Shown here one piece after another: positions 9,079 to 19,725 of a stretch of 64,000 bases of DNA (positions within the stretch are counted from its first letter, which is position 1; the number at the start of each line of letters is the position of its first letter). A program made the position numbers and the translations under genes. This stretch comes from an uncultured Pseudomonas sp. Its GTDB lineage: Bacteria; Pseudomonadota; Gammaproteobacteria; Pseudomonadales; Pseudomonadaceae. Location: NCBI GenBank assembly GCA_964453495.1, contig CAYVPI010000005.1, positions 23,835 through 87,834 on the forward strand, read 5' to 3'. The notes beneath the pieces were generated by a model. That model worked only from the letters and a program-made list of their open reading frames with translations. It was not told the DNA's origin and ran no database searches.

Positions 9079-10532
9079 CGCGGGTTTCGTCAGAAGAAAT
9101 CGCCCGGTTGCTCGCGTCGATTGATCCGACGGTGCCGGCGGGATTGTTCGACATCGAGGATGAAACCTACCAGGCGATCGACCAGGAGATGGTCAGGCTG
9201 GGAGGCCTGCAAGAGGGCACCATTGATTGGCCCTACATCGAAGAAGCGTCCCGGCAGTACCTGAGCCGGCAGTGCAAGCATTTACGAATCGTCGGGCACC
9301 TGAGTGTCGCCTGGCTGCGTAATGGCAGTTGGGAGTACTGGTGCTTCACGCTGGAACTGCTGGTCGGGATGATTGAGCGATACTGGGAGGCGGCGCACCC
9401 CAAACCCGGCCCGAAAGGCTATCTGGGCAAACGCAAACTGGTTGGTATCGTGCTCAAACGCCTTACCGACGCGTTACCCGGGCTTGATCGCTTCAGCTAT
9501 ACCCAGGCCATCTCGGCGGCAGCGCAGCAGGCGCTCTCATGCCTGCAGCAACAGGTAGATGCGGCGAAGTTGGACCCGGTACTTGTGGCTGAGCTGGAGC
9601 GCTTGCTGCTGAAGCAGTCGAAGGACGCCATGGACGTTGCACAGGCTCCGGCAGTCGAAATTACCGCCCCCAAGCTGGCTGCCGCGCCATTGGCCGACGC
9701 GTTTATCTCCAGCAAGCCCGGCATGTCGCTGGGGAATGAGCGCGAGACCCGCCGTGCTGTCCTGAGCATGGCCGAGTTTATCAACCAGCAAGACCTATAC
9801 GACCCGACCGGCTATCAACTGCGGCGTTTTGGTATGTGGGCGCATATACAGGTGGCGCCCGCTGCCAAGCAGGAACATCGCACGGAGTTGATGGCGGTCC
9901 CAGCCGATATTGCAGAAGGGTACGAAGAGGCGATTGCGGGCACGGTCATCGATCCGGCCTTGTTGCAGCGGGTGGAAAAAAGCGTAACGGCCTCACCCTA
10001 CTGGATTCGCGGCAGCTTTCTAGCGGCGAACATTGCCACGCGTTTGGCGATGGGGGAGGTTGCCGAAGCGATTCGCGGCGCAACCGCTCGATTCGTGCAA
10101 CGCCTGCCGGCACTGCAGCAACTGTGCTTCAGCGATGGCACGGCGTTCGTGGACGACCAGTGTCTGGCTTGGCTCAAAGGGGGAGCGGCTTCGCCCGTCC
10201 AAGAGGGTTGCTCCCTTGAATTTCGCGGTCTGCGCGAGGGGCTGGCCAGCCAGTTGGAAACGGACGGTATCGAGTCGGTATTGCTGACACTGCAGGGGCT
10301 GCACGCGGACTGCCGCACACCTCGTGAGCGCTGCCACACCACAGTGATTGCGGCTGACTTGCTCGCCGCACGAGGCGTGTCCTGGCTCGCCCAGGACCTG
10401 TGCGCCAGCGTCTCCCAGACCATGCAACAAACGACGGCGGATGCATGGGAGCCCGAAACATTTCAGAAACTCCGGCAGTACGGAGCCGTCTCCGTACTGA
10501 CTGATCGGTACAAGGACCAGGAGCCCTCATGA
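9066..10532 (+). CDS. tssA: T6SS TssA (ImpA_N plus VasJ-like)
   Basis: ImpA_N-like IDW...SRQCKHLR, plus SPYWI and LCFSDGTAF motifs. Confidence 0.88.
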   Translation: MSLVARVSSEEIARLLASIDPTVPAGLFDIEDETYQAIDQEMVRLGGLQEGTIDWPYIEEASRQYLSRQCKHLRIVGHLSVAWLRNGSWEYWCFTLELLVGMIERYWEAAHPKPGPKGYLGKRKLVGIVLKRLTDALPGLDRFSYTQAISAAAQQALSCLQQQVDAAKLDPVLVAELERLLLKQSKDAMDVAQAPAVEITAPKLAAAPLADAFISSKPGMSLGNERETRRAVLSMAEFINQQDLYDPTGYQLRRFGMWAHIQVAPAAKQEHRTELMAVPADIAEGYEEAIAGTVIDPALLQRVEKSVTASPYWIRGSFLAANIATRLAMGEVAEAIRGATARFVQRLPALQQLCFSDGTAFVDDQCLAWLKGGAASPVQEGCSLEFRGLREGLASQLETDGIESVLLTLQGLHADCRTPRERCHTTVIAADLLAARGVSWLAQDLCASVSQTMQQTTADAWEPETFQKLRQYGAVSVLTDRYKDQEPS

Positions 10533-13500
10533 GCCAATTCCTGAAACTGTTGAAGCGCTGGGGCTTGCCCCTGGCTGTGCGTGCCTGTGGGGCCTTGCCG
10601 CTGTTGCTTGGAGTGGGGGCTCTGTTGCTGCTGGTCGCCATCTGGTGGCTTGGCCCGCAATGGACCTGGGGCGACCAGCAGCCACTGGCGAGCGTGGCGC
10701 ACCGTAGCGTTGCCACTCTGACGCTTGTTCTGTTGCCGCTGTTGTGCTGGCTGTTTGTTCTACGCACGCGCTTTCACCGGCTGCAGGCGGAGCGCCGGCA
10801 GGAAGTCGCTGCCGAGGCGGACCCCTGCCTGTCGTTCGTCGATGCCCAAGAGAAGGCGTTAAGTCGCGGGCTTTCAAGCTATCTCGACAATGCAGGCGGT
10901 CGCAGGGCACTCTATCAATTGCCCTGGTACTTGGTGCTGGGAGGAGAGGGGGCTGGTAAGAGCAGCTTCGTCAACCGTTCGAACCAGAGCTTTTCCTTGA
11001 CCCGTATCGCTAACAGCCAGACGCGGGTACGCCAGGCTGAGGATGGTCTCTACCCTGTGAGCTGGTGGATCAGCAACGATGCCGTCATCATCGATCCGCC
11101 CGGGGCGTTCATCAGCCAGACAACTGCGCAAAGCCATACTCAGAGCCACGGTCGCGAGCCAGAGCCCAGCGATCCGGTCGGTACCCAGGCAAGGTTGTGG
11201 GATCATTTACTCGGATGGCTGGTGCGCAACCGCAGTCGTCGGGCGCTCAATGGATTGTTGCTGGTCGTCGATTTGCCATCCCTGGCGCATTCCACGCCTG
11301 AACAACGCATGACACTCGCCCATGTCCTGCGGGCCCGATTGTATGAAGTGAGCAGCCAGTTGGGCTCTCGCTTACCTCTCTACGTGGTGCTGAGCAAATT
11401 CGACTTGCTCGACGGCTTTGATCAGTTCTTTGCTCGTCTCACGACCTCTCAGCGTGAGCAAATGTTGGGCTTCACATTCAAACTGGATGCCATCGACACA
11501 TTCGATGCCTGGGTGGACGAGTTTGCCGATCACTATGATCAACTGATTCGCGTGTTGTATGAGCATTTGCTGGAGGGCTTGAGCCTCCCGAGCCAATCTC
11601 GACAGCGCGAGCGCCTGATCGCCTTGCATGCGCAACTGATGGGGTTGCGTCCTGTACTGATGAGCTTCCTGCGTGAAACCCTGGCGAGCGATCGTTTCAC
11701 CACGCCAGCCCTGGTGCGAGGGGTGTACTGGTCTTCGGTGCTCCAGCAAGGGGAAATGAGCAACGCGTTCATCCGCGAGGCCGCACAGCCTTACAAAACG
11801 CAACGGCCTTTGAGAGAAGGCAAGCCGCAAGGAAAAAACCTGGTCTATTTCGCGCAACAGGTCTTCCAGCGCGTCATCTATCAAGAAGCTGGGCTTGCCG
11901 GTGACAACGTCAGGGTGGCGCGCAACAAGCGCCAACTGTTGTGGGTCAGCTCGGGGGGCGGCGTGCTGGCGCTTGCCGTCGCGGTCGCCACCTGGCACCG
12001 CTACTTCGATATCAACGGGGCCATGGCGGCGAGTGTGCTGGCCAAAAGCCGAGAGTTCAGTCAGTACGAAGTGGATCAACGGCATGATCCGACCGGGCGC
12101 AACCTGCTGGAGCCATTGGACCAGATTCGTGATGCCGTTTCAGTGTTTGGCGATTACCGCGGCGCATGGCCTTTTTTTGCGGACTTCGGCCTTTATCAAG
12201 GCCGTGCCATTGGGCCAATGGTCGATGAGGCGTACCTGAGTTTGCTGTCCCGACGTTTCTTGCCTGCGCTTGCCAGTGGCGTTGTCGATGCGATGAAGGC
12301 TGCCCCTGCTGGCAGTGAGCAGCAGATGGCGGCGCTCAGGGTTTATCGCATGATCGAGGATCGTCAGAACCGTCGGCCGGAGTGGGTGGAGAGCTGGATG
12401 GCTCATCAGTGGCAGGCGGCCTATCCTGGGCAAGGGCAGCTGCAACGTGACCTGATGCAACACCTCAAATACGCCTTGGCCTATGCCGATACCGACCTAC
12501 TCCAATACCGCCAGCAAGTCAGTGAGATCCAGCAGGTATTGCGAAAGGTACCGATGCCGCAGCGGGTGTATGCGAGCCTCAAGCAGCAGGCTCGTGAGCA
12601 ATTGCACGCTGGCCTCGACATCCGAAATCAGGTAGGCCCCGCGTTTGATGTGGTCTATCAGCCAGCTTCCGCAGCTCAAGGATATGACGGCATCCTGTTG
12701 GCTCCCTTGGTGACGGCCAAAGGCTTCAAGGAGCACTTCGAACCACGTAGCCAGCACCTCGCCGACATGGCGATGATTGATCAATGGGCGCTGGGCGAGC
12801 GTGATCAGCTGGACTACTCGAACGCTGACCGCGAAGCGCTGGCAGAGCGAATTCGCACGTTGTACAGCGCTGATTACATCGACAGCTGGCGGCGAGCCTT
12901 GAATGCATTTGCAGTGGCCGATTTCCATGACCTGAACCATGGCGTCTCGATACTGGAGCAGTTGACCGGGCCTGCGGCACCCTTGCATAGACTGCTGGAG
13001 ACCGTGCGGGATAACACGTCCATTTACCCTGTACCGACCGCAGACCTGGAGCAGGATGTCACAGCCCTTGCGAAAGTTGCTGGCGGTACGCTTGAGCAAC
13101 AGCAGGCGGTAGGTATTCGCCGGGCTTTCGCGGGTTTGAATGGCATGCTGGACGCAAAAGGAGAGCAGCCGAGCTATTACGATGAAACGTTGAGTGCAAT
13201 CACTGCCGTTCACGATTACGCAAAGGCCGTGCAGGACAGCCCGGATCGTGGCAAGTCCGCACTGCATGCAGTGCTTCAACGTTTCTCGATGACCGGCCCC
13301 GATCCGATTGGCACCTTGCAACGCGTCGCCACCGGGCTACCTGAGCCAGTCCGGCAACAGGTCAAGAAAGTTGCTGACCAGACCGCTCAAGTGCTCAATG
13401 TCGAGGCGCTGCGTGAACTGGAGCGGCGTTGGGATGTTGAGGTGTACAGCTTCTTCCAGCAGCGGTTGGCAGAGCGTTATCCCTTTGTCGTTCGGGCGCC

Positions 13501-14158
13501 AGATGCATCTCTGGATGATTTCGAGGCATTTTTCGGGCCCAAGGGGCGGCTGCAGCAATTTCAGGACCAGTACCTGAAGATCTTCCTGAAGGACAACCTG
13601 GAAGCCTTGCATTCTGACCAGCGCGGCGGGAACTTGATCCGGCAAGAGGTGATCGAGCAGTTGGCGGCGGCAGACCGTATCCGCGAGACCTTCTTCGACC
13701 AACGTGGCAACCTCCGTGTGCAGTTCAGCATTGAGCCGTTGGGGCTCAGTGCGAATCAGCGCACCAGCCTGCTGGACCTGGATGGCCAGCTGATCTCCTA
13801 TACCCATGGCCCACGTCAGATCACTGGCGTTGTCTGGCCGAATACTCTAGGCCAGCAAGTACGCAGCAACCTGACCTTGCTCAGGCTCAATGGCAACAGC
13901 AGCAGCCTGGAGTACCGCGGTCCCTGGTCGATGTTCCGCTTGCTCAGCCGCGGTTCGCTCAACGGCCGCACGGCAACGAGCGTCGACCTGAGTTTCCGGA
14001 CAGGTGATGGTGTGATGCGCTATCGGTTGAATTCCGAAAAGGCGTTCAACCCCATCACCCAGCAACCCTTCAAAGGCTTCAAGTTGCCTCGCGCCTTGCT
14101 TCAACAGTCCAAGCCCGGTGCCCTGCAGGCTAGGCTATACGCCACGCCGGTGAATTAA
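10529..14158 (+). CDS. tssM: T6SS membrane subunit TssM/IcmF
   Basis: 1209 aa; N-terminal TM segments, LPWYLVLGGEGAGKSS Walker A, C-terminal GPWSMFRLL. Confidence 0.96.
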   Translation: MSQFLKLLKRWGLPLAVRACGALPLLLGVGALLLLVAIWWLGPQWTWGDQQPLASVAHRSVATLTLVLLPLLCWLFVLRTRFHRLQAERRQEVAAEADPCLSFVDAQEKALSRGLSSYLDNAGGRRALYQLPWYLVLGGEGAGKSSFVNRSNQSFSLTRIANSQTRVRQAEDGLYPVSWWISNDAVIIDPPGAFISQTTAQSHTQSHGREPEPSDPVGTQARLWDHLLGWLVRNRSRRALNGLLLVVDLPSLAHSTPEQRMTLAHVLRARLYEVSSQLGSRLPLYVVLSKFDLLDGFDQFFARLTTSQREQMLGFTFKLDAIDTFDAWVDEFADHYDQLIRVLYEHLLEGLSLPSQSRQRERLIALHAQLMGLRPVLMSFLRETLASDRFTTPALVRGVYWSSVLQQGEMSNAFIREAAQPYKTQRPLREGKPQGKNLVYFAQQVFQRVIYQEAGLAGDNVRVARNKRQLLWVSSGGGVLALAVAVATWHRYFDINGAMAASVLAKSREFSQYEVDQRHDPTGRNLLEPLDQIRDAVSVFGDYRGAWPFFADFGLYQGRAIGPMVDEAYLSLLSRRFLPALASGVVDAMKAAPAGSEQQMAALRVYRMIEDRQNRRPEWVESWMAHQWQAAYPGQGQLQRDLMQHLKYALAYADTDLLQYRQQVSEIQQVLRKVPMPQRVYASLKQQAREQLHAGLDIRNQVGPAFDVVYQPASAAQGYDGILLAPLVTAKGFKEHFEPRSQHLADMAMIDQWALGERDQLDYSNADREALAERIRTLYSADYIDSWRRALNAFAVADFHDLNHGVSILEQLTGPAAPLHRLLETVRDNTSIYPVPTADLEQDVTALAKVAGGTLEQQQAVGIRRAFAGLNGMLDAKGEQPSYYDETLSAITAVHDYAKAVQDSPDRGKSALHAVLQRFSMTGPDPIGTLQRVATGLPEPVRQQVKKVADQTAQVLNVEALRELERRWDVEVYSFFQQRLAERYPFVVRAPDASLDDFEAFFGPKGRLQQFQDQYLKIFLKDNLEALHSDQRGGNLIRQEVIEQLAAADRIRETFFDQRGNLRVQFSIEPLGLSANQRTSLLDLDGQLISYTHGPRQITGVVWPNTLGQQVRSNLTLLRLNGNSSSLEYRGPWSMFRLLSRGSLNGRTATSVDLSFRTGDGVMRYRLNSEKAFNPITQQPFKGFKLPRALLQQSKPGALQARLYATPVN

Positions 14159-14295
14159 GGGGGTGGGCATGCAAATGGTAGGAATGGGCTGAAACGCTCG
14201 CCAATAGGACATCGGCCTTGAACAAATAACCGGAGGGGGTATTGAGCCCGTTAATCGACGTAATGGAAGAACATGCGATCGTTAAGTGATGCTCA

Positions 14296-15147
14296 CTACC
14301 TACCCGTAGCCTGCCACCCCATCAACCGCCTCTCAACCACCCCCACCACCCCATCAAGCACCAACGCACACACCGTCAACACCAAAATCCCCGCCATAAT
14401 GCCATTAACATCAAAACTCGCCTCAGCCTGCAGTATCAGGTACCCGATACCCCGCGAAGCCCCCAGGTATTCACCCACCACTGCCCCCACAAACGCCAGG
14501 CCAACCACCGTGTGCAGGCTCGAAAACATCCAGGTCATGGCCGCCGGAAAATACACCGTGCGGATCAATTGAGCGCGGTTGGCGCCCAGCAGGCGGACGT
14601 TGGCGACCAGGGCCGGGTTGACCTCGCGCACGCCCTGGTAGACGTTGAAGAACACCACGAAAAATACCAGCGTGACCGCCAGTGCCACCTTGGAGTTCAT
14701 GCCCAGGCCGAACCACATCACGAACAGCGGGGCCAGGACGACGCGGGGTATGGCGTTGGCCGCCTTGATAAAAGGCGAGAGCACTTGTGACATGGGTGGC
14801 GAAAGTGCCAGCCACAGGCCCGCGCCCAGGCCGGTCATCAGGCCGAGCACGAAGGCCAGCAAGGTTTCCACCAAAGTCACGATAAGGTGAGGGTAGAGGG
14901 TGCCGGGAAACTTGAGGGTTGCCAGGGTTTGGCCCTGCCATTCCAGTGGCAGAGTACTTTCACCACTGCTTAACCAGCTCCAGACACGTTGCATGACTTG
15001 CAGCGGGTGGCCGATGAAGAACGCGACGTTCGGATCGCGGGCCAGGTATGCCCAGCTTCCAAAAAACACCAGCGCTACGGCCATGCGAGCGCTCCATAGA
15101 TGCAGTGCGCTCATGATCTGGGCTCGTCGTGTGCCTGGGCGTGACAC
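14296..15147 (-). CDS. ABC transporter permease, NitT/TauT family
   Basis: Hydrophobic, with GAVVGEYLGASRGIGY; true start may be 15114. Confidence 0.9.
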   Translation of the reverse strand: MSRPGTRRAQIMSALHLWSARMAVALVFFGSWAYLARDPNVAFFIGHPLQVMQRVWSWLSSGESTLPLEWQGQTLATLKFPGTLYPHLIVTLVETLLAFVLGLMTGLGAGLWLALSPPMSQVLSPFIKAANAIPRVVLAPLFVMWFGLGMNSKVALAVTLVFFVVFFNVYQGVREVNPALVANVRLLGANRAQLIRTVYFPAAMTWMFSSLHTVVGLAFVGAVVGEYLGASRGIGYLILQAEASFDVNGIMAGILVLTVCALVLDGVVGVVERRLMGWQATGR

Positions 15148-15917
15148 CGGAGTACCTCGCCGCGTAGAAGCTGCCAGATTTGCTGGTGGAGGGTGATGAA
15201 GGCGGGGTGGGTTCTGATTTCCATGGCGTCCCGCGGCCTGGGCAGGGTGATGGGGATGCTGCCGATGGGATGGGCGGCGGGGCCTGCGCTGAGCACAACG
15301 ACCCGGTCTGCCAAGGCGATGGCTTCATCCAGGTCGTGGGTGACGAACAGCACGGCCTTGCGTTCACGCTCCCATAGGCTCAGCAGCAGGTTTTGCATGA
15401 GTTGGCGAGTTTGTACATCGAGGGCGCTGAAGGGTTCGTCCATGAGCAGGATGCGCGGGTTGCGAATCAGCACCTGGGCCAGGGCCACACGCTTGCGCAT
15501 GCCACCGGACAACTGATGCGGAAAGTGGCTGGCGAAACCACACAGGCCCACCCGGGCCAACCAGTCGTGTGCCTGTGTGTGGGCCTGGTGCGTGGTTTGG
15601 CCGGCCAGGCTCGGGGCCAAGGCGATGTTGTCCAGTGCGTTGTACCACGGCAACAGGGCGTCGGCCTGGAACAAGTAGCCGGCGTGGGTATTGAGCCCGT
15701 TCAGCGCTTGCCCATGGATGTTGATATGCCCGTAGTCGGGAGTTACAAGCCCCGCGCACAGGTTCAACAGTGTGGACTTGCCGCAACCTGTGGGGCCGAC
15801 CAGGCATACAAATTCGCCCTCGGCGACGTCGAAGCTGACACCGGCCACTGGCGTCTTGCCTTCAAATGTCACGCCTACATCTTCCAGAGCCAGCACCGGC
15901 GCAGGCGCCACTATCAT
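15111..15917 (-). CDS. ABC transporter ATP-binding protein, NitT/TauT family
   Basis: GPTGCGKST, LSGGMRKR, LLMDEPF and VTHD motifs. Confidence 0.95.
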   Translation of the reverse strand: MIVAPAPVLALEDVGVTFEGKTPVAGVSFDVAEGEFVCLVGPTGCGKSTLLNLCAGLVTPDYGHINIHGQALNGLNTHAGYLFQADALLPWYNALDNIALAPSLAGQTTHQAHTQAHDWLARVGLCGFASHFPHQLSGGMRKRVALAQVLIRNPRILLMDEPFSALDVQTRQLMQNLLLSLWERERKAVLFVTHDLDEAIALADRVVVLSAGPAAHPIGSIPITLPRPRDAMEIRTHPAFITLHQQIWQLLRGEVLRCHAQAHDEPRS

Positions 15918-16927
15918 TCAAATGCCTGCAAGGCTTGATTGACGAAGGTATTGGTCCAGGTGCTGGCGGGGTTAAATGCAGCATCGCGCAAGCTCGGCTC
16001 GAACGCTTGCAAGGCCAACAGCGCAACGATCGCACCCTGTTGAGGGAAGAGCCCGGTGGCTGACAAAGCAGGTTGGATGTTGCGGTATGCCTGCTTGTAC
16101 AAGTCTGGATCGTTGAGCAAGTAGGCCGCAGGTACCAGGGCGGCGACGTCTTCGGCGCTGGCACTGCCGAGCCAGTGCAAGGCTTGCACCATGGCGTTGG
16201 TCAGGGCCTGGATGGTATCGGGGTTGTTTTCGATGAACTGGGTTTTGGCATAGAGGGTGCCAGCGGGCATTGGCCCGCCGAACAGTGCCCGGGTGCCGCT
16301 GGGGTCGCGAGTGTCGGCAATGATGCGGATGGCCTGGTGTTTTTCCAGCAAGCTGATGACCGGCTCGGTGTTGACCAGTGCATCTATCTTGCCGCTGCGC
16401 AAGGCTTCGACGGCGGCCGCTGACGTGCCGACGCCTATGAAGGATACCTCGTCGGCGCGGATGCCGGCCTTGGCCAGGACCAGTTTGGCCACCATCTGGG
16501 TGGAGGAGCCGGGGGCACTGATACCGATTTTCTTGCCGCGCAGATCACTGGGCGAACGGTAATCGGGCAGCGTTCGGGTCGAGACACCCATGACAATCTG
16601 CGGGGCATCTGCGGTGAGTACGAAGGCGCGCAGGGCTTGCCCGCGAGCCTGCATCCGCAGGGTGTGTTCATAGGCGCCACTGACGACATCGGCGGCGCCG
16701 CCAATCAAGGCCTGGAGTGCCTTGCCACCTCCGGCGAAATCGACGACCTGGACTTCAAGGCCTTGTTCCTGGAAGTAGCCTTTTTGCAGGGCGATTGTCA
16801 GCGGCAGGTTGTAGAGAACGGCTTGCCCGCCTACTGCCAACGTGACCTTGGGACGTTCAAGGGCGGCTGCGATTGACGGGGTCATGAGCATCAAGCAGAG
16901 CGACAGGTAGCTGAACAACGTGGCCAT
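15914..16927 (-). CDS. ABC transporter substrate-binding protein (NMT1/SsuA-like)
   Basis: Signal peptide from MATLFS (start re-called at 16927, AAGGAAG upstream); DLRGKKIGISAPGSST motif. Confidence 0.88.
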   Translation of the reverse strand: MATLFSYLSLCLMLMTPSIAAALERPKVTLAVGGQAVLYNLPLTIALQKGYFQEQGLEVQVVDFAGGGKALQALIGGAADVVSGAYEHTLRMQARGQALRAFVLTADAPQIVMGVSTRTLPDYRSPSDLRGKKIGISAPGSSTQMVAKLVLAKAGIRADEVSFIGVGTSAAAVEALRSGKIDALVNTEPVISLLEKHQAIRIIADTRDPSGTRALFGGPMPAGTLYAKTQFIENNPDTIQALTNAMVQALHWLGSASAEDVAALVPAAYLLNDPDLYKQAYRNIQPALSATGLFPQQGAIVALLALQAFEPSLRDAAFNPASTWTNTFVNQALQAFE

Positions 16928-17161
16928 GACAACTTCCTTGCAAAGTGAACAGGCAAGGCTAGGCAGCTCGGGGAGGGCGGGCAATGCGAGGGGTCCGAGA
17001 AGATTGTGCGAGATTTCAGTTGGTACCAGCCCTTTGCTCGCGTCGAGTACGTTCGAAATCTGCGCAGGGCCGCTAGCGTTCTCGTGCAAGCGATAACGAC
17101 CCACCGGTGGGCTGCGGATACTGGACCTCTACAACAACAATAAAGATGTGTAGAGGTACTC

Positions 17162-18445
17162 ATGAACCAAGCTCAAACGCTACCACGCTCAGCCCATGGC
17201 GTCGGCAAGCACCTCAAGGCCGTGGGCCTGCTCGGCGCAATGATGCCACTGGCCGCGCTGGGCGATTTCGCGCAGGACAGCCAGTTGAACCTGGGCCTGC
17301 GCAATTTTTATGTCGACCGTGATTTCAAGGGGGCCAACCCGAGGACCTCGCGCGATGGCAGCTGGACCCAAGGCTTCGACCTGCGCTTCACCTCCGGCTA
17401 CACCTCGGGGCCTGTACAGTTCGGGCTCGATGCTGCGGGGCAATTTGCCTATCGCCTGGACGGTGGTGGTGGCCGGGGCCCTGACAGTGTCATCCCTTAT
17501 AGCCAGAGTGACAGGGAGCAAGCTAAGGATTACGGGCGGGCCGGGCTGACCGGGAAAATGCGGTTTTCCAGGACCGAAGTAAAAGTCGGTGAGCACAGGC
17601 CTACATTGCCGGTGGCCTTTTTCGATGATTCGCGTCAGCTTGTGACCACCTTTCATGGCCTGTTGGTGCAGTCCAACGAGGCTGAAAACCTGACGCTGAC
17701 AGGAGGGCGCTTCACTGAAATCAGCACGCGCGAATCTTCCAACAGCGAGAAAATGTACCTGTTTATCCGGCCGAATGGCCCGCGCTTTCCAAGCGATGGC
17801 TTGAACTTTGCTGGCGCCACCTACAATTTCGGCCCTACGTTTTCGGCCAGTTACTTCTATGGACAATTGGAAGACATCTATCAGCAGCACTACCTGGGGT
17901 TCACACTCAACTCGGCATTGGGCGGTGGCTACAGCCTCAAGACCGACCTGCGTTACTTCAACAACGATGAAGACGGCGATGCGCTGTATGGCCCTATCGA
18001 TAACCATACCTATGGCGTGATGACCACCCTGAAAAAAGGCGGGCACGCGTTTGGCGTCGGCTATCAGCGCATGCTTGGTGACAGTACCTTCCCGACCTTG
18101 AACGGCTATGTGCCGCAGCCCTACCTGGTGAACTGGTCGGCGGTGGCCTTCATCAAGCCTAATGAAAGTTCCTGGCAGGCGCGCTACGACTACAATTTCG
18201 CGGCCATGGGCGTTCCTGGCCTGACCCTGACGACTCGCTACCTGCGCGGCACCGGTATCGACCGTAGCGGCGACCTCAGTGACACGGCCGAAAGCGAGCG
18301 CGACCTGTTTCTGGCCTATGTGGTGCAGAGTGGCCCGCTCAAGGGGCTGGGGATGGAATGGCGCAATATTGATGCGAAGTTCAAGCACAACAATGATTAT
18401 GACGAGAACCGCTTGATCACCACCTACACCTGGAAGTTCTGGTAA
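17162..18445 (+). CDS. OprD-family outer membrane porin
   Basis: LRNFY.DRDF, WTQGF...SGYT.G, SWQARYDYNFAAMGVPGL, and terminal aromatic residue. Confidence 0.93.
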   Translation: MNQAQTLPRSAHGVGKHLKAVGLLGAMMPLAALGDFAQDSQLNLGLRNFYVDRDFKGANPRTSRDGSWTQGFDLRFTSGYTSGPVQFGLDAAGQFAYRLDGGGGRGPDSVIPYSQSDREQAKDYGRAGLTGKMRFSRTEVKVGEHRPTLPVAFFDDSRQLVTTFHGLLVQSNEAENLTLTGGRFTEISTRESSNSEKMYLFIRPNGPRFPSDGLNFAGATYNFGPTFSASYFYGQLEDIYQQHYLGFTLNSALGGGYSLKTDLRYFNNDEDGDALYGPIDNHTYGVMTTLKKGGHAFGVGYQRMLGDSTFPTLNGYVPQPYLVNWSAVAFIKPNESSWQARYDYNFAAMGVPGLTLTTRYLRGTGIDRSGDLSDTAESERDLFLAYVVQSGPLKGLGMEWRNIDAKFKHNNDYDENRLITTYTWKFW

Positions 18446-18497
18446 GGCGGTGCGGCGGCGCTAATTTCATGGATCGAGGGACCGCCGCCGGCAGCCA

Positions 18498-19487
18498 TCA
18501 ATGCGGGCGTGCCAACGTCTGCGACGGCAACTCGCCGAACGCCTGTTTATAAGCCGCCGTGAAATGGCTGGGTTGGGCGAAACCCCAAAGAAACGCAAGC
18601 TGCGACAATTGCACTTCCCCTGGTCGGTGGCGCAGCAGGATGTCGCGTATTGCGCGCAGCCGGCAACTCTGGATATAACGTACCGGGCTTGTGCCCAGGC
18701 TGTTGCGGAACGCCTGTTCGAGGCTACGGCGGCTGGCACCGCTGATGCTTGCCAGATGATTGATCTCGATCGGCTGCTCCAGGTGCGCGTGGATATAGTC
18801 GACCGCGCGCTTCACGCTGCCCGGCAACAGGCTGCGTTGTTGCGCTGCCTGCAAGCCAGGGATCAACTGCAGCAAATTTTCGCAGAACAAGTGCTGCACA
18901 TGGGACTGGCACGCTGATGTGGCCAGCAAGCCCGATGGGTTGCCAGCCTCGCTGTCCACCAGGCGCAACAGGCTACCCAGGCTGTGCAGGGCCGGATGGT
19001 TGCGCTCGAACAGCAGCGTTTGCGGTGAAAGCCTGGGCTCGTTGAGTTGGTAATGACGCTCCAGGTGGTCGACCAGCAATGGCGCGTCCAGGGCAATGAC
19101 AATGGCCTTGGCCCCCTCATGCCAGATGACATCCACCTCGTGGCCCGGTGTGAACACCAAAAGATCGCCCGGCCCCGCCTGTAGGCCGCCAGGGTGGCTG
19201 CTGATGCCGCCTTCGATGGGCAGGATGCCGTGCCAGGAGTTCAAGGGCCTGGAATTGACGCGCACCTCGCGCCCCCAATGAGCACCGAACAACTTCAGTT
19301 GCGGCAAGGTTTCCAGGGTAAAGGCAATGTCCAGCGTGCCAGGTGTGCGTACGCTGATGCGGCGTTCTTCAAGATGGCTGTTGAGCAAGGCTTCGGCGTC
19401 TTCGACATTGCACGAGCGCAGCAATGGCCGTGCCGCGAAGGGAATAGTGCCAAGGGAGGGCAGGCTGCTGGGCGTCGGAGTGTTCAT
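18498..19487 (-). CDS. AraC-family transcriptional regulator
   Basis: C-terminal double HTH (RAVDYIHAHL...WGFAQPSHFTAAYKQAFGELPSQT). Start re-called at MNTP. Confidence 0.9.
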   Translation of the reverse strand: MNTPTPSSLPSLGTIPFAARPLLRSCNVEDAEALLNSHLEERRISVRTPGTLDIAFTLETLPQLKLFGAHWGREVRVNSRPLNSWHGILPIEGGISSHPGGLQAGPGDLLVFTPGHEVDVIWHEGAKAIVIALDAPLLVDHLERHYQLNEPRLSPQTLLFERNHPALHSLGSLLRLVDSEAGNPSGLLATSACQSHVQHLFCENLLQLIPGLQAAQQRSLLPGSVKRAVDYIHAHLEQPIEINHLASISGASRRSLEQAFRNSLGTSPVRYIQSCRLRAIRDILLRHRPGEVQLSQLAFLWGFAQPSHFTAAYKQAFGELPSQTLARPH

Positions 19488-19725
19488 CACCGTTACCTTT
19501 CTTATTATCGGGCAGGGCTGGCCCACCGGCATTTCGGTTGATTGCGGCTGGGCCATTATCGACCTCGCCCGAGCATGCAGCAACGGCCAATGATCGCGCC
19601 CCCGAAGTTGCTGGCAAATAACCACGCGGGTGGATAAAGGCTTGCGCGCTCACGTTATCGGCCTGCCTGTGGCCGTCCGCATACTGGAACCTCAGCCAAT
19701 AATAACAACCGAGGAACCACCCCCC

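Noticed and set aside
14296-14520. C/A-rich low-complexity tract
   Set aside because: It is the reverse complement of Val/Gly-rich TM codons of the permease.
16928-17104. 59-codon N-terminal extension of the ABC binding protein or a gene remnant
   Set aside because: The RBS and signal peptide fit a start at 16927, and no recognisable homology was seen in the extension.
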